DNA from: a virus
Taxonomy: Duplodnaviria > Caudoviricetes
Length of the DNA stretch: 64,000 nt
Reading direction: 5' to 3' (one strand)
IMG/VR virus record: IMGVR_UViG_2721755344_000002
Span: 1-64,000 of that record
Part shown: one piece after another, positions 32,458 to 41,665 of the stretch
Layout of the letters: each line of letters starts with the position of its first letter
Numbering within the stretch: the stretch's first letter is position 1
Translations under genes and position numbers: made by a program
Notes under the pieces: generated by a model
What the model saw: only the letters and a program-made list of their open reading frames with translations
Database searches by the model: none
Told to the model about the DNA's origin: nothing

Positions 32458-33054
32458 AGAAAATCCGCAAAAGGTTGGAAACTTCCCTTATTAGAAATTG
32501 TATAAAGAAGTTAGGACTAAATCTTAAAATTACGAAAAGGACGCCTTTTGCAGTTTAGAAGAATTGTAGGCAAGTTGCTGAAATTTCAAATAGAATCATC
32601 TATACCAGTCACCATAAAAACTTGAAACGAATCTCCAAAGGCTCCCTTGTACCACCTCTCCTCCACTATATCCATAGCATCCCTAACATTTCCGGCCTTA
32701 ACAAGCAATACTCTATCAGCGCTTAGCACAAAAACAAATGTTTTCATAGCATCCTCATTCTATATCATGGAGTTGGATTTTACGACCTTTGAATTTTTCT
32801 ATCTTTCCTATAATATTTTGATTAGGTCCTTCCAAAAATTCAGCAACCTCATTTACTATCTTCTGAAACTCCTTTAACCCATCAGCATTAACTCTTAGTT
32901 CATATTCGATTGAACCATCCCTATACTTCCACCGCAACCATTGAATATGACCATTAAAAAATCTAGCCTCCACATCTCTAAAATGAGCAAGACCGTCTTT
33001 AAATTGAACAATTTGGATAACTTCAGTATGCACATTCATAAATTCACCCCATAT

Positions 33055-33306
33055 TTATTTTTCTTTCTGTTCGTCGCATAGCCTTATCATTCGGAATTTT
33101 GCCGTTCGCTGAACCTTTTCTTTCAAACACTTGATCCCTAAATCGCTACCAAATTTTCTAACTATGGAATTATCTACTTTTTCTTCAAGTGTAGATATTT
33201 CATGCCATTCTCCGTCTGGCCCTAAATATTCTAATTTCACAAGTTTGCCATAAGCCATTCGATATACCTTCCTATGTCCTAATTTCACAAGTTTGCCATA
33301 AGCCAT
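33055..33306 (-). CDS. Small RMIRL-tail protein; paralog of 54138..54308
   Basis: EYLGPDGEWH..STLE..VRKFG..LG..FRMIRL; N-terminal 48-bp tandem duplication (33231..33308). Confidence 0.65.
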   Translation of the reverse strand: MAYGKLVKLGHRKVYRMAYGKLVKLEYLGPDGEWHEISTLEEKVDNSIVRKFGSDLGIKCLKEKVQRTAKFRMIRLCDEQKEK

Positions 33307-34402
33307 TCAATATTCCATCCTATATCTAAATTTCATTAAGGGAATAAAGTGTTTCCTCCTTGGGCAACTTTTTCAAAATAACGCTTCCTCCGCCCTTTAT
33401 AGGTAAGTCCTTATCCCAGGGTATCTTTCCTGTAAGAAATTCCAAAGAAATTACTTCTATTGTATCGGGCGGAACGAAAAGCTCATAATGATTGAATTCT
33501 TCATCTGAACAAACCAGCGTATATCCCTTGCGAGGATTACCGCCACAATTTAAACATTCGTAAGTTAATTTCTTCATATCTTCCTCCTTTATTTTAAATT
33601 TACTAAATTTAGCAGGTTTGAGCAACTTCAATAAGTCCTCCAGTTTACTTTAAACTAAACTTCATTACTTATACTACCTTTTTCCCAACTTTTTTAAACC
33701 TCTTTCCTATCTTCAGTTAAAGCCGGTTCAGGTTCCTTTCTAATTTCAATAGACTCCCAAAACTGAAAAAATTTATCAGTATCCCCATATTCACCTACTA
33801 TCTGCAGCAGTGCTGAAGATATTGTTAAATAATGTGAATTTGATATTTCCACTTCTTTTTCAGTCAAAGGCACATCAGAAAGTTCAATACCTTTTAAATA
33901 GTTTTGTAAATCGTAATCTTTAAACTTAATTTTTATTTTCATTACTTAGTGCCTCCTTTATGGTGGATAAACCGCCCTACTCCACCATTCATGACCACAT
34001 TTTTCGCATCTAACTTTATAATGATCAATATAAATTCCCTTGCGAAACTCTCCGGTAGGTTCTGCTTTTCTTTTCTTACATCTCCGGCACAACAATTCAA
34101 TTTTCATTTCAGCACAAATGCGAAGCGGCCAGGATTTGAACCTGCTTGGACGATTTCGGACAAACTTACCACCTCATAACTACAACTTCTACACTTCCCT
34201 CTCCATTGTCTAATTCGTAAGAACGCTCTTCAACAATGCCAAGACCATCATTATACTCTTCTTCATGTAAAATGGCTTTGGTTTCCTCAATATTATCCAA
34301 AGGTAAATAGCCAAACCCATCCTCCCCAGGCATCACAACTTCCAAGTTCTTATCCAAGCTTGACAATGCTTCTTCCAGCTCCCAAACTTTCATAACGCCC
34401 CC

Positions 34403-35362
34403 CTATACTAACTCCTGCATCTTCATAAAAGCCTTGAAAAACGATTGAATAAGTTTAGGCTTCCCTCCCTCCCAAAAAGAATGAGAGAAAATTTCTATCA
34501 CTTCGCTTGCCCTTAATCGCTCCCTTTCATTTTTTGGATTCTGATTCAGTAACACAGTTTGCATAAACCCTAATACCATTCTTCGCAAATCTTCTACCTC
34601 ATCTTCGTTAGCCTTCAATTTCTCCGATATGTAAAGCCAATTCTTTCCTTTGGTTAAGAGAAATTTACAAATTTCCATCATATCTTCTTTCGATCCTGAA
34701 GAATCGTCTAATGCCTTATTAGCTTCATCTTCATTTTCAGCATTACAAATTTTCTCAAGAAGTAATAATGCTTCCCTTGGACACCCGTCGGCAATGGTGT
34801 GAACTCTTTCTATTATCTTATCTGAAGCCAACACTATCCCCTTTTTCTCAATCACATCAAGAATAAAATTCATCATTTCGTGGTCTTTAAGACGGTGAAC
34901 CTGAAACCTTTCGCATCTTCCCTTTACAGTAGCCAAAAGTTTCTCTGGATTAGTCGTGGCAAGAATGATGTAAACATATGGCGGGGTATCTTCTAAAATT
35001 TTCAACAATGCTTCTGCTGCTACTCCTGTTATTTGGTGGGCCTCGTCAAAAAGAAAAACTTTAACTTTCCCCATTGTGGGAACATAATGCGAGAACTCAA
35101 TAACTTCACGAATTGAGTCTATTCCTCTTGTATTTGCAGTATTCATTTCGTACAATTCGGAACTGTGACAACCTAATTCCTTTGCAATTAAACGAGCAAT
35201 AGTTGTCTTACCACAACCTGTCGGACCATAAAGAAGATAGGAATGAGGTTTAGTAGGTCTTGATAGCATTTCTTTAAGAACTTTCACTGTGGCAACATTA
35301 CCCCTAACTTCGTCAAAAGTCTTAGGTCTTAACTCGAGGTGAAATCCGTTTTCTTTTTCCAT
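34403..35362 (-). CDS. dnaX: Clamp-loader AAA+ ATPase, DNA polymerase III gamma/tau-like
   Basis: RPKTFDEVRG, GPTGCGKTT, DEAH, LLKILED, ATT.PEK, GRC, GCPREAL. Confidence 0.85.
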   Translation of the reverse strand: MEKENGFHLELRPKTFDEVRGNVATVKVLKEMLSRPTKPHSYLLYGPTGCGKTTIARLIAKELGCHSSELYEMNTANTRGIDSIREVIEFSHYVPTMGKVKVFLFDEAHQITGVAAEALLKILEDTPPYVYIILATTNPEKLLATVKGRCERFQVHRLKDHEMMNFILDVIEKKGIVLASDKIIERVHTIADGCPREALLLLEKICNAENEDEANKALDDSSGSKEDMMEICKFLLTKGKNWLYISEKLKANEDEVEDLRRMVLGFMQTVLLNQNPKNERERLRASEVIEIFSHSFWEGGKPKLIQSFFKAFMKMQELV

Positions 35363-35364
35363 AA

Positions 35365-35586
35365 TTATTTGTTACCCTCCTTCCTCAACATATCATTTCT
35401 CATTCTTTCAAATCCAATTTCGCAGCAAAGCCCTATACATTCATCACAAATACAAATATTGTGTGGCCCAGCAACCATGTAGACGGCTTCGTCTTGAGAC
35501 TTATCGCAGAAAGAACAATGATATTTATTTTCCTTCTTCTTCTCGTTCATCCTCAAACTCCTTATTTTATTTTCTTCGATACACAT
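35365..35586 (-). CDS. Stand-alone ClpX-type C4 zinc-binding domain protein
   Basis: [10 protein letters not shown]...VAGP...ICDECIGLC with no ATPase domain. Confidence 0.85.
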   Translation of the reverse strand: MCIEENKIRSLRMNEKKKENKYHCSFCDKSQDEAVYMVAGPHNICICDECIGLCCEIGFERMRNDMLRKEGNK

Positions 35587-36534
35587 TTTCTTTTTCTATC
35601 TGCACAAGTAGTTTCTTTTTCTTCAGTTCGGCCAGAGCTTGGGCTTGCTCTTCCCCGCAATCCAAGCAAATATCGTAACCCAATACCTTCCGCTTATCTG
35701 AAAACTCTTCTCCGCATCTATTACAAGTCGCCATCTTAAATTCCTGATTGTGGGATACCCACTAATAGAATCTGGTTTCACTTTACTATCATCATATACT
35801 TTGCTACTATTATTGGTCGTCCATGCTGTTCCCCCGTAGCTACAACCTTTCTAAACTTAACTTTTTTTACCACTGGACACCTTCTTCCAGCATCTTCCCA
35901 ATGGTTCGGCCATTTCATGCCATCAGTACACGTTTTCCAATAATAAGCGTCCCTCCGACGAGAAAAGATATGAAAACCTGATTCATACCTCAAGCGCTCA
36001 TAGTTCGACATACAATTAGGTTCTTCCTTCTTCGTTTGCCCCAAGAGGACACTGGAACGAGTATTACTTCTCTTGTTCCATACTCCTGTTTTATAAGAAA
36101 TATTATAAAACTGTGACCAATAATTCCAAAAATGGCGAGAGGAATAGTTACGATAAAACACTTTCCATCCAAACTTTTGTCTAATTGGTATAGGTTTTAC
36201 AGTGTCTAAACACATATCAAGTCACCTTCACACCAACAGAAAAACCCATTGCGGAAGTTTTGTAAATAAATATCAATTTGCCATAATCGTAAATCCAATA
36301 AGCCCCACATGAATGATAGATGTCGCAAAAAAGAAATTTTTTTTTAAGATCATCGACACTCAAAACTTTTTCCATAAAATCAATCTTTAGAAACTACTCC
36401 TCCTATTGTTTTACACTCAGTAACAAAGTTGTATCTAGTAGCTGCAGACGCTCCTTTTCTTAGTTTTAAGATAAACCAAGAGTACCCGCATTTGACGCAT
36501 CTCCAAACACCCTGACCAAATTTTTGTTCGGTTT

Positions 36535-37428
36535 TTAATTCTCCTCCGCAACCTGGACATTCCATGTGTCACCTCGTAATCTCCATATACAATTATTTTT
36601 AAGTTGATTCAAAAGTTTTCTCCTCAAAATCAAATGATTTGTTCTACACGAATTATGATCCATTGGCTTAGTAATACCTGGATAGCACTCATCAATAAGG
36701 GCATAGTTTTTAGTTCTATCGTGCTCGGCACCAACATCATATTTTTTGCCTTTGAAATCTGTTGCCACTATCAATCCTGTATCTTGTAATACATCAAGTG
36801 AGTTTGACCAAAAAACTGTTTTGAATTGCGCTTTTGCATCTGCAGCTACTGAAAATGTTTGATCAAACGGATTTTCAGACCATTTGAAAAAGCCAAAAAA
36901 TCCAGTCCATTTATAAGTTCTTATTAATGGTTTTTCCCGATCATACGAGCTTTTTATCTTGTAATTGAGACTCGTTGTAAAATACGGAATGTTCCACGCT
37001 TTAGCAGTTCCTATCAGAACCTGTAGCTTTTTGGTATATATCTCAGCGTTCAATACACTAGTACGATACGCCCATCTTGTCGGTATAGCATCAGGCAAGA
37101 TATACCTGGTCATAATTATATCGTCATCTAATAGAACACCCGCATCCTCATCCCCCATATAACAACGCTTTAATAAATTCATTCCGTGCCAGCGTAGAGC
37201 CCCAAACGGAGGCTTTCCATCTGATGAGACAAAATCATGTCCCAAAATTTCTATTTCGTAACATTCCAACAAATCTTTAAAATCCTGTAATTGCGACCTA
37301 TGGCAAAATATCTTAATCTTATTCGATTCAACTCCAAGTCGATTAACAAGTATTCTTACTGTTTTAGCACACTTTTTTGGATATTTTGAAGCAATTAAAT
37401 AGTAAATTTGGTATGCCATTTTTCTCAC
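36535..37428 (-). CDS. GT-A fold glycosyltransferase-like protein (possible DNA modification)
   Basis: G..R..LLDDDI DxD motif followed by FD...D; has its own sigma70 promoter. Confidence 0.5.
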   Translation of the reverse strand: MRKMAYQIYYLIASKYPKKCAKTVRILVNRLGVESNKIKIFCHRSQLQDFKDLLECYEIEILGHDFVSSDGKPPFGALRWHGMNLLKRCYMGDEDAGVLLDDDIIMTRYILPDAIPTRWAYRTSVLNAEIYTKKLQVLIGTAKAWNIPYFTTSLNYKIKSSYDREKPLIRTYKWTGFFGFFKWSENPFDQTFSVAADAKAQFKTVFWSNSLDVLQDTGLIVATDFKGKKYDVGAEHDRTKNYALIDECYPGITKPMDHNSCRTNHLILRRKLLNQLKNNCIWRLRGDTWNVQVAEEN

Positions 37429-37439
37429 CTCGTATAGCC

Positions 37440-37468
37440 ATTATAGCATATCCAAAATTATTTGTCAA
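37440..37468 (-). promoter_or_regulatory. sigma70-type promoter, TTGACA-17-TATAAT with extended TG
   Basis: Perfect consensus just upstream of 36535..37428. Confidence 0.85.
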
Positions 37469-38242
37469 GTCTTATTTTTGTGCAAGTCCACAAGAGACTT
37501 AAGCAATTTTATTATCTCCTCCAACTGTCGATTCATTTCCAACAGTATGTTAAAATCTTCCTGGTCCATCGCCATTTTTTATACCATCCCCAAATCAAAT
37601 GCTTCTATACCATCTGGACATTTTCTCCTATTAATCCACGCTATTTTACATCCTTTCCCTTAAGCTCCAAACTATTCCTATGAGAAGCATAAACAAACAG
37701 ATTCCTCCCCATACCCAACTAATCCAATGGACCTCTCCAACAAGAAGGAAAAGAAAACACGTGACTGTTACTCCACCAATTCCAACATATATCATACTCC
37801 TGCATATTTCTGACTTAGTCATTTTATCTCCAAATTAATCCATCTTAATTGTTTCCATTTCTCGCCCAGTAAATTTGACCTAAGATATCTTTAAACAACT
37901 TATACTCCGTTGTTTCAAAAAACAATGTTAAACCCCCAGCTTTTATATCTTCTTTAGTTGCAAACCTGTACATTTTTTCAACTAACTGTTCAGAGCTTAT
38001 CATCTAACTCCTCTTCTATTATAAATCTAACATATTCAAGGTGATAGCTAAACCAACCCTTTTCCCACATTCTATCCCATGTTTGCTGTTTGTACTCTTG
38101 ACACCAAGACTTGAAGTCCTTCTGGTACTTTTTCGGCACCTGTTTCCATAGAGCAGGAAACGGTGTATCATCCTCGTTAATCATTCTTGACAAGGCTTTT
38201 AAAAAATATTTACCATTCATACTATCCCAACCCTTTCGCAAT

Positions 38243-38271
38243 ATCATAACATAATAAAATCTATTTGTCAA
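38243..38271 (-). promoter_or_regulatory. sigma70-type promoter, TTGACA-17-TATGAT
   Basis: Read directly. Confidence 0.7.
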
Positions 38272-38330
38272 CCTGTTTTTGATTCAAAATCGACCTTCTT
38301 TAATTGCTATTAAGATAATAATCTTTTCAA

Positions 38331-39020
38331 TTATATTAGATATTTCTGAGAGCATAAGCAATCTAAATTTGTCCAAATTCCCTCGTTCCTAAGTTTTGAT
38401 CCCTTGCGTTGTCCACTTGTGGTACACAAAGGTCTAAACGGTAACCATACAGCACTATCGTTTTCGCAAACAATAATTTGACCTTTTCGACTTTTGCACC
38501 AACTGGCTAATACTTCATAATCCAAATCCTTCCCATATGGATACAATTTCTGGCCGATATAGGGAGGGTCAATAAACCATGTAGCCTCTATATCGGGGGC
38601 TATGGAATAGTCGCCGAGCAGAATTTCCCATGTACGAATTTTAGCAACGTCATCGGCTACTTTATTCCAATTCAAATTTTGATTACCTTTGAAACCACCA
38701 ACAAAATTTTTAGGAGTTGGACTACCTTGATTCAACATAAAACCTAGAAAATCTCTGGCCTCCTGAGGTTTGATATCAGGTATAGGAGCCTTTGCATCAG
38801 GATGTGGAAGATTTCTAATAAAGTCTAGATCTGAATTTTGCAACCATTTCAGCATAGAAACAATCACAGGATTTTTTTCAATTAAAATAACATGCCTACC
38901 AACACTATGTCTTAAAGCATAATTTGCTGCGCCAGAAAACGGCTCAATAATTATATTATAAATAGGGGCAGGATACTTTTTCCATATTTTTGATTTTGAA
39001 CCATAATAACTGAATATCAT
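38331..39020 (-). CDS. Dam-like (D12 class) DNA adenine methyltransferase
   Basis: YYGSKSK, EPFSGAA, FIDPPY. Confidence 0.8.
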   Translation of the reverse strand: MIFSYYGSKSKIWKKYPAPIYNIIIEPFSGAANYALRHSVGRHVILIEKNPVIVSMLKWLQNSDLDFIRNLPHPDAKAPIPDIKPQEARDFLGFMLNQGSPTPKNFVGGFKGNQNLNWNKVADDVAKIRTWEILLGDYSIAPDIEATWFIDPPYIGQKLYPYGKDLDYEVLASWCKSRKGQIIVCENDSAVWLPFRPLCTTSGQRKGSKLRNEGIWTNLDCLCSQKYLI

Positions 39021-39477
39021 ACAATGGTACTCTTCAGCATCTTAATCTCTTCTTCTAGATCTTTAATCTTAGTTTCAGCTTCAGATAATGGATGTTTTGG
39101 ACACTGTCTAATATGATCATATAGCACTTTACGTTTAACAGCATTCGTTCCAGGTGGATATCTATGGCCGCAATATACACAATTTATATACATACCACTT
39201 TGTAAATCATCAACCCATTTTTCAAGTCTAACTACTTCATTTTCAAGTTCTATTACTCTATCTGTAAGCTCTAAGTGCTCTTTCTGAACTACTGACATTT
39301 GCTTTCTCCTTTCAAGTACCCAGTACCTTCAAAACTCTTATTTTCGCAAAAATGCTACAGCTACATTTCACACAAAGATAAAATCCGCTAGGTGTTAATC
39401 TTGATCTATGCGGTCTTGTTCTACCGCCACATCTGATACATTTATATTTTGATAGTTCTGATCTATCACTACCACAA

Positions 39478-39852
39478 TCAGTTGTACACATCTTTCCCTC
39501 CATTTCCCTCTGCCCAATATCGTATCATGGTTGGAAAACTCTTGTGTGGTGTCGCCATCGGAAATAATCGTTCAATAATTTTTACTTTCTTCCCCGCCAT
39601 AAATGCCATACCAATATCAAAAAGACAACCCTCACTTTTTCCATCCCAAGCGATGTGAATTTCGTCGGCCCATAAAATACCTTTTTTATTATCGGTGCAA
39701 ATTCTAAAACCAACCGAATCATTCTGATCTGTGTCCCGTGATGGCCAGTAAACCCTATTTCCGGTAGCTTCAAGACTTTTCACATATTCTTCAAGGATTT
39801 CTTTCCAATGTACATCAATATTTCTAACTGGACAGATTAAAAAAATTTTCAT
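39478..39852 (-). CDS. Nucleoside 2-deoxyribosyltransferase-like protein
   Basis: IFLICPVR..VYWP.RD..ADEIH..S.G..FDIGMAF. Confidence 0.65.
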   Translation of the reverse strand: MKIFLICPVRNIDVHWKEILEEYVKSLEATGNRVYWPSRDTDQNDSVGFRICTDNKKGILWADEIHIAWDGKSEGCLFDIGMAFMAGKKVKIIERLFPMATPHKSFPTMIRYWAEGNGGKDVYN

Positions 39853-39912
39853 TCTACCTCTATTTTTGATTTTGAACCGTAGTAGCTAAAGATCATTATT
39901 TAAACCTTAAAA

Positions 39913-39982
39913 ATACCATACCTTACCATACCGAACCTAACCGAACCAAACCTTACCAAACCAAACCTCACCCTACCGAACT
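39913..39982 (-). repeat. GGT-NN pentamer array 3 (13 GGT units); candidate guide ncRNA
   Basis: Plus-strand ACC at 39915, 39920 ... 39975 in exact 5-bp phase with variable dinucleotides; intergenic. Confidence 0.9.
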
Positions 39983-39988
39983 TAAAAT

Positions 39989-40882
39989 TTACCACTCATA
40001 CCCATCTGAATATAATTTTAAATCGCTCTTTTCGTTTATAAGAACAAATCCATTCTTCCACTTAGAATGACTGCTTTTTACAGTACTCCCATTATAGGTC
40101 ATTGAATCTTGAGAAAACATCCCTCCGCAATCCGCTCCAATATATTTCCCACTTTGATCGTTTCCCGAACCGAAATGATGACCGTGAGCACAAATCACAT
40201 TTTTGTGTTCGATTGCTATTATATCTAAAGGAGTTTTGATTGTCTGCTTTGAATAATTGGATGGATGGCAAATAATCCAATTTTTATCTTCCGTCATAGC
40301 ATACTTAATATTTGATGGAAAAACTCTAACCCCAACCAAATCTATTGGAACTAATTGATAAAAAAGATTTTTTACATCAAAGATGCTTCCCAAAGCTCTG
40401 AAAATTCTTATATCATGGTTTCCCAAAATAAAATAGATTTTTTCAAACTGATTCAACAAACACTCGAACAATTCCCTCCCCGCTTGGAGTTCAGTATCCC
40501 AATCCACTTTTACTCCTGTATTCATCCAAATCTTAAACTGGTCTTGATCAAAGAAATCTCCAGCTATCATAAGAGTTTTAATTTTTCTAATATCTGAAAT
40601 TTCGCAGAGTAACTGAAGCCATTCTTTGCTAGTATGAGGTATATGAAAATCCGCAACAATTAAACAAGGAAGAGGAATATACATTGTATTATCTTTTATC
40701 CATTCCAACGACATTTTAATAACTGTGTCAATAGTTGGAATTTTAATAAGATTTCTCTTCTCAGCTCTCTTCAATAAATCATCTTTTGTAAACCCAGCCA
40801 CGGAACTAAATTTCAAAATTTTAGATTTATTAGAAGAGTTACTAATACTTTTTTTACATTCACTAAATTTTAGATTTTTCAT
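39989..40882 (-). CDS. Calcineurin-like metallophosphoesterase
   Basis: ADFH, GDFFD, GNHD, CH, AHGHH; GAGGTG RBS before ATG at 40882. Confidence 0.85.
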   Translation of the reverse strand: MKNLKFSECKKSISNSSNKSKILKFSSVAGFTKDDLLKRAEKRNLIKIPTIDTVIKMSLEWIKDNTMYIPLPCLIVADFHIPHTSKEWLQLLCEISDIRKIKTLMIAGDFFDQDQFKIWMNTGVKVDWDTELQAGRELFECLLNQFEKIYFILGNHDIRIFRALGSIFDVKNLFYQLVPIDLVGVRVFPSNIKYAMTEDKNWIICHPSNYSKQTIKTPLDIIAIEHKNVICAHGHHFGSGNDQSGKYIGADCGGMFSQDSMTYNGSTVKSSHSKWKNGFVLINEKSDLKLYSDGYEW

Positions 40883-40900
40883 TTTCACCTCACTAAGTTA

Positions 40901-40963
40901 TCCATACCATACCAAACCGAACCGCACCTGACCGAACCCTACCATACCCGACCAAACCACACA
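40901..40963 (-). repeat. GGT-NN pentamer array 2 (11 GGT units, ends GGAT); candidate guide ncRNA
   Basis: ACC at 40906...40956 in exact 5-bp phase. Confidence 0.9.
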
Positions 40964-40998
40964 ACAGCCTGATAAGAAGAATATTAAGAATAATTGCA

Positions 40999-41071
40999 TC
41001 CTTACCATACCATACCGAACCGAACCCCGCCTAACCATACACTACCATACCAAACCGAACCAAACCTTACC
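40999..41071 (-). repeat. GGY-NN pentamer array 1 (14 units including one GGC and one TGT, ends GGAT); candidate guide ncRNA
   Basis: ACC/GCC at 41004...41069 in exact 5-bp phase; the first unit overlaps the stop codon of the RAMP-like gene. Confidence 0.9.
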
Positions 41072-41609
41072 TAACTTCTTTTAATTCTACATCGAAACGT
41101 CCGAATCTAGGTCTCCAATCACCGATACCAATCTTATGCCCAGTAATTTCCATAACACTCTCAACTATTTGCTTTGGAATATCATCATCCACAATTATCG
41201 TAAATTCTGCTTTCCACCCCTTTTTGAAAAGGGGCCTATGAATAGCCACTCTTCCCCCAGTTCTTGGAGGTCTCCTCCCATGACTAATATGAATATCGTC
41301 CCATATTTTTTTGTTGGGAATAAATCGGATTTTATTTTCTTCAATTAAAACACCAGCTATAAAATCTCCTGTCCATTTAGTAGCACCTTTCTTAACCAAT
41401 TTAGATGCTCCAAATTTGATAGCCGCAAGAAAATGTTCGTCTGGGATATAACAACCATCCTCGTCTTTATACACAACTTCATCAACTTTACTGGTCGCAT
41501 CTGTGGCTAATGATTTAGCTCTTTTTACACCTTTTGATTCTTCTTCCGAAATGGTATACTGGTTCTGAAGATAATCGACAATCCCTATACATTTTACTTT
41601 AATTTTCAT
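41067..41609 (-). CDS. Stand-alone RAMP/Cas7-like RNA-binding protein associated with the GGT-NN arrays
   Basis: N-terminal strand KIKVKCIG; YIPDEHFLAAI (compare RAMP YIPGSSxKGAh); RPLF..GW.AEF; C-terminal Gly-rich loop GHKIGIGDWRPRFGRFDV; GGAGG RBS before ATG at 41609. Confidence 0.7.
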   Translation of the reverse strand: MKIKVKCIGIVDYLQNQYTISEEESKGVKRAKSLATDATSKVDEVVYKDEDGCYIPDEHFLAAIKFGASKLVKKGATKWTGDFIAGVLIEENKIRFIPNKKIWDDIHISHGRRPPRTGGRVAIHRPLFKKGWKAEFTIIVDDDIPKQIVESVMEITGHKIGIGDWRPRFGRFDVELKEVR

Positions 41610-41634
41610 AGTATCCTCCATTTAATTTAATATT

Positions 41635-41664
41635 ATTATAACACAATTAAAAAGGTTTTGTCAA
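41635..41664 (-). promoter_or_regulatory. sigma70-type promoter, TTGACA-18-TATAAT, driving the RAMP-like gene and arrays
   Basis: Perfect hexamers 26 bp upstream of ATG 41609. Confidence 0.85.
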
Positions 41665-41665
41665 C

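Noticed and set aside
34119-34146. tRNA gene
   Set aside because: Only a T-arm-like CAGG-TTCAAAT-CCTG and a possible 3' strand are present; no matching 5' acceptor strand or D-arm, so at most a remnant
39913-41071. GGT-NN arrays as a CRISPR array, a simple microsatellite or a coding low-complexity region
   Set aside because: There are no 25-40 bp repeats with spacers and no cas1/cas2. The units are not homogenised, and the 5-bp period lies in intergenic DNA with no credible ORF. A two-tier G-quadruplex role is not excluded but would not explain the linkage to the RAMP-like gene.
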